This document shows, piece by piece, positions 62,871 through 64,000 of a stretch of 64,000 nucleotides of DNA. Each line of letters starts with the position of its first letter. The first letter of the stretch is position 1. Both the position numbers and the translations under genes were made by a program. The notes beneath the pieces are model-generated. The model worked only from the letters and a program-made list of their open reading frames with translations, was not told where the DNA came from and did no database searches. Source of the stretch: Stegostoma tigrinum (Eukaryota); NCBI RefSeq assembly GCF_030684315.1, contig NC_081356.1, positions 15,525,197-15,589,196 on the forward strand. The letters are read 5' to 3'.

Positions 62871-63289
62871 TGGATGTAAGTTTGCTCGCTGACGTTTCGT
62901 CACCATTATAGCTAACATTATCAGTGAGCCTCTGGTGAAGTGCTGGTGTTATGTCCCGCTTTCTATTTGTGTTTAGGTTTCCTTGGGTTGGTGATGTCAT
63001 TTCCTGTTCTTTTTCTCAGGGTGGTCGATGGGCTCCCAATCTGAGAAAAAGAACAGGAAATGGCATCGCCAACACAGGAAATGGCATCGCCAACACAGGA
63101 AATGGCATCACCAACCCAAGGAAACCTAAACACACAAATAGAAAGCGGGACATAACACCAGCGCTTCACTGGAGGCTCACTGATGTTACCTGGAATGGTG
63201 ATGAAACGTATGAAAATGAACCTTCCAGCTCAGCGAGCAAACTTACATCCAGACCCTCAACCTGAGCTACAAATCTTCTCAAAACTCGC
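62871..63289. mobile_element. Larger fold-back element (probable Penelope terminal repeat, distinct family) with a 16-bp TSD, in SARAF intron 2
   Basis: Arms of about 150 bp are inverted about ~63020-63040. CATACAATTTTATGGA at 62859-62874 and CATACAATTTTGTGGA at 63289-63304. Confidence 0.82.
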
Positions 63290-64000
63290 ATACAATTTTG
63301 TGGAATAAGAAGAGTGCTTTAAGGGGTGGAGTACAGGGGGAAAGTGATTATTTCCATAAGTACAAGGTAAATATTGCAAAGTTAGAAATGTGGAGGAGAA
63401 AACAAAAAGCTTTTCTCAAGTACAGAACATCCATTGGTTATTTGCACCACAGAGAATTGTGTGTGATAATACCTAGAATAATAGACTGAATTTGCAGTAG
63501 AAATGATAATGTTTCCTTCAGCACTGCTAACCGCAAGAGTTTCAGAGGAGTAATAAGAATATAAGAACTAGAAACAATGATAGGCGACTCTGCATCTCAA
63601 GCCTGCTCAATCGTTTGATGTGATCATTACTGGTTTCATCTTGACCTCAACTCCACTTTCCTGCCCACTCCCTGTAACCCATTATAAGAACATAATTCTT
63701 CTCGTGAGCAGGCAATTGAGTGCTAAGTTCTGACTGACAGACAGGACTACATTAATGATGGCAACATAGATAATTTCACCGCAGTTACTGCTATTAATGT
63801 TACCTGACAGATCCTAACCAAATTCTGTATTGTCAATAACAATTCTTTGGTCTGATTCGTTAAAAATCGCACAATTATTTGTTTTTGTGCTCTGTAGAGG
63901 GCACACACCTCTTTATTAGTTAACTAACTGGAACCTCCATGACAAAGCCAATAAGAAATATCTGGGTGAGTGCACATTAGAGTCGTAGAATGATATCTAC

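Noticed and set aside
63053-63115. Short direct repeats as a possible CRISPR array
   Set aside because: Tandem 21-mers with no unique spacers, no cas genes, and a vertebrate context.

Overview
This is vertebrate genomic DNA, not prokaryotic. The repeat content (HE1/V-SINE-type SINEs, CR1/HER1-type LINEs, Penelope-like elements) points to a cartilaginous fish, most likely a shark (inference). Three spliced genes can be reconstructed with GT-AG junctions. (1) The first three coding exons of a beta-1,4-galactosyltransferase 1 / B4GALT1-like gene lie on the minus strand (25868-25586, 15978-15743, 324-137), and the gene continues off the left edge. (2) A complete four-exon LEPROTL1 lies on the minus strand (55000-28946, 132 aa). 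(3) The first two coding exons of SARAF/TMEM66 lie on the plus strand (61431-61533, 62528-62706), divergent from LEPROTL1. Introns and intergenic DNA are full of retroelement remains, there is one 220-N assembly gap, and a G-rich 39-bp minisatellite abuts the SARAF promoter. The most striking signal is a dispersed set of Penelope-derived insertions from about four sequence families. Many are short fold-back (palindromic) units with 14-17 bp target-site duplications. They carry minimal hammerhead-ribozyme motifs (CTGAnGA-stem II-GAAA-palindrome-TH) whose stems covary between families, and their arm asymmetry suggests a twin-priming insertion mechanism. All calls were made by eye. Exon boundaries were counted base by base; repeat boundaries are approximate.
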